Virus record (IMG/VR): IMGVR_UViG_3300036800_000376
Strand: one strand, 5' to 3'
Length of the DNA stretch: 24,330 bases
From: an uncultured virus (IMG/VR IMGVR_UViG_3300036800_000376)
Taxonomy: Duplodnaviria > Heunggongvirae > Uroviricota > Caudoviricetes
This document shows positions 23,460-24,330 of the stretch, piece after piece. The notes beneath the pieces were generated by a model. The model worked only from the letters and a program-made list of their open reading frames with translations. It was not told where the DNA came from and did no database searches. The first letter of the stretch is position 1. The number at the start of each line of letters is the position of its first letter. The position numbers were made by a program, and so were the translations under genes.

Positions 23460-23491
23460 GGGGGTCCCGCCGGCGGGGGCTTGGGACCCCC
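23460..23491. repeat. Inverted repeat with 9-bp arms
   Basis: GGGGGTCCC-14 nt-GGGACCCCC. Confidence 0.8.
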
Positions 23492-23538
23492 TCAGGAGCG
23501 ATCGCGGTGAGGCTGTTCACTGCCGCGGGGCTCTCCTC

Positions 23539-23674
23539 GAGAAGCGCATTTCCATCGCCATCACCACCACAGGTCCCGCGTATGGGCAGGGGACATTCGC
23601 GGTACGCCAGCGGTCGCGTGTCAGGGGAAGGGGCGCGACCGGTCGGCAGCGATGACGATGAAGATGCGCTTCTC
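23539..23674 (-). ncRNA. Putative structured RNA (or ssDNA) element: 31-bp closing stem with two inner hairpins
   Basis: 23539-23569 pairs with 23644-23674, giving 24 Watson-Crick pairs, 6 G-U and 1 mismatch on the minus strand. Confidence 0.45.
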
Positions 23675-23856
23675 CCGGAGCGCGTAGCGGACTCGTGTGC
23701 GACTGCTGATTACTCGTGTCAGACTAGCGCACTAGTGTCGGCGGCGCCACGGGGCGAACGTCCGTGCGGGCCGCGCGGGCGCAGCCGGCTTGTCTGCGAT
23801 CGGCGGCGGGGCTGGCGGCGGATCGTGGTCCGGGAGCTCTTCCCGGACGGGCTCGT

Positions 23857-24312
23857 CTATTGGTGGGTCCAGCTCGGTGTCTCGGCCGGCGTCTGGTTGG
23901 AGCCGTTCTCCCCCCACCCCTCGGTCTCGCGGCTCTCCGCCTGGTGGTCGTGCTCTGGTGGCCGGTTCTCCTCCACCTGGGAGCTCTGGTCGCCCTCCGG
24001 CGGGTCGCCCGGCGTCCACGACCCCTCCTCTGCCGCCCCATCTCCCGCCGGTGCCGACGGGGCGGTCCCCTGAGGGCGCAAAAAGCGCACCTGCATTCCC
24101 GTCGCTTCGCCGTCGCCCCCCTTGACGATGCGCGACTCGTAAAGGAGCTCGTGATCCTTCGCGTACTTGGCCAGATGCAGGCGCAGGTTCGCCTCCGAGG
24201 AGTCGTAGTCCTCACCCTTCTTCAGGAGATACACGCGTCCATCCGTGATCCCCATCTCTCCAAAGTCGAACTTCGGGACGCGCGTGAAATCGTCCCCCAC
24301 TAGCTCCGGCAT
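23857..24312 (-). CDS. Hypothetical protein: small N-terminal alpha/beta domain (possibly DNA-binding) plus acidic disordered tail
   Basis: GGGAG RBS; strongly GC3-biased codons; DGRVYLLKKGEDYD...LR..L..YAK...QVRF. Confidence 0.8.
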   Translation of the reverse strand: MPELVGDDFTRVPKFDFGEMGITDGRVYLLKKGEDYDSSEANLRLHLAKYAKDHELLYESRIVKGGDGEATGMQVRFLRPQGTAPSAPAGDGAAEEGSWTPGDPPEGDQSSQVEENRPPEHDHQAESRETEGWGENGSNQTPAETPSWTHQ

Positions 24313-24330
24313 CGCTGTCTCCCGTCGTAG

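Noticed and set aside
23378..24073. 231-aa plus-strand ORF upstream of tcpC as a possible relaxase
   Set aside because: No HUH or Rep_trans motifs, low-complexity Arg/Ser/Gly composition, and it overlaps the hairpin region and a better minus-strand gene.
1..24330. CRISPR array, tRNA/att site, integrase or transposase
   Set aside because: No regularly spaced repeats, tRNA-like cloverleaf with conserved boxes, or recombinase/transposase motifs were found by eye.

Overview
High-GC actinobacterial DNA. The style of the secreted proteins suggests Thermoleophilia/Solirubrobacterales (inference). The window looks like the interior of an integrative conjugative element or conjugative plasmid. A tightly coupled minus-strand operon (23262 to 9459) encodes a Gram-positive Tn916/ICEBs1/pCW3-type mating apparatus: TcpC, a TcpD/pilin-like protein, TcpE, VirB4/TcpF, a VirB6/TcpH-like protein and a transglycosylase-NlpC/P60 hydrolase. 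It continues with two more VirB8-like proteins, a small lipoprotein, a MinD/EspI-like ATPase and a Cys-cluster/PI3-4-kinase-like protein with a small partner gene. A second minus-strand operon (9253 to 3522) carries a helical protein, an excisionase-like HTH protein, three surface/secreted proteins and duplicated small membrane proteins. The left end has a Phd-like/PemK-like toxin-antitoxin pair, a putative regulator, a frameshifted gene ending in a ClpX-type zinc finger, and a Uma2 nuclease. No integrase, relaxase, coupling protein, tRNA, rRNA or CRISPR is visible. The most notable items are: a 97-bp in-frame copy of the VirB4 Walker A region inside the pilin-like gene; the kinase plus candidate immunity pair at the end of the transfer operon; a strand-biased 31-bp-stem structure and a CTAAC-loop hairpin upstream of the transfer promoter; and operator-like motifs shared between promoters. 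All family calls come from motif recognition by eye, with no database searches.
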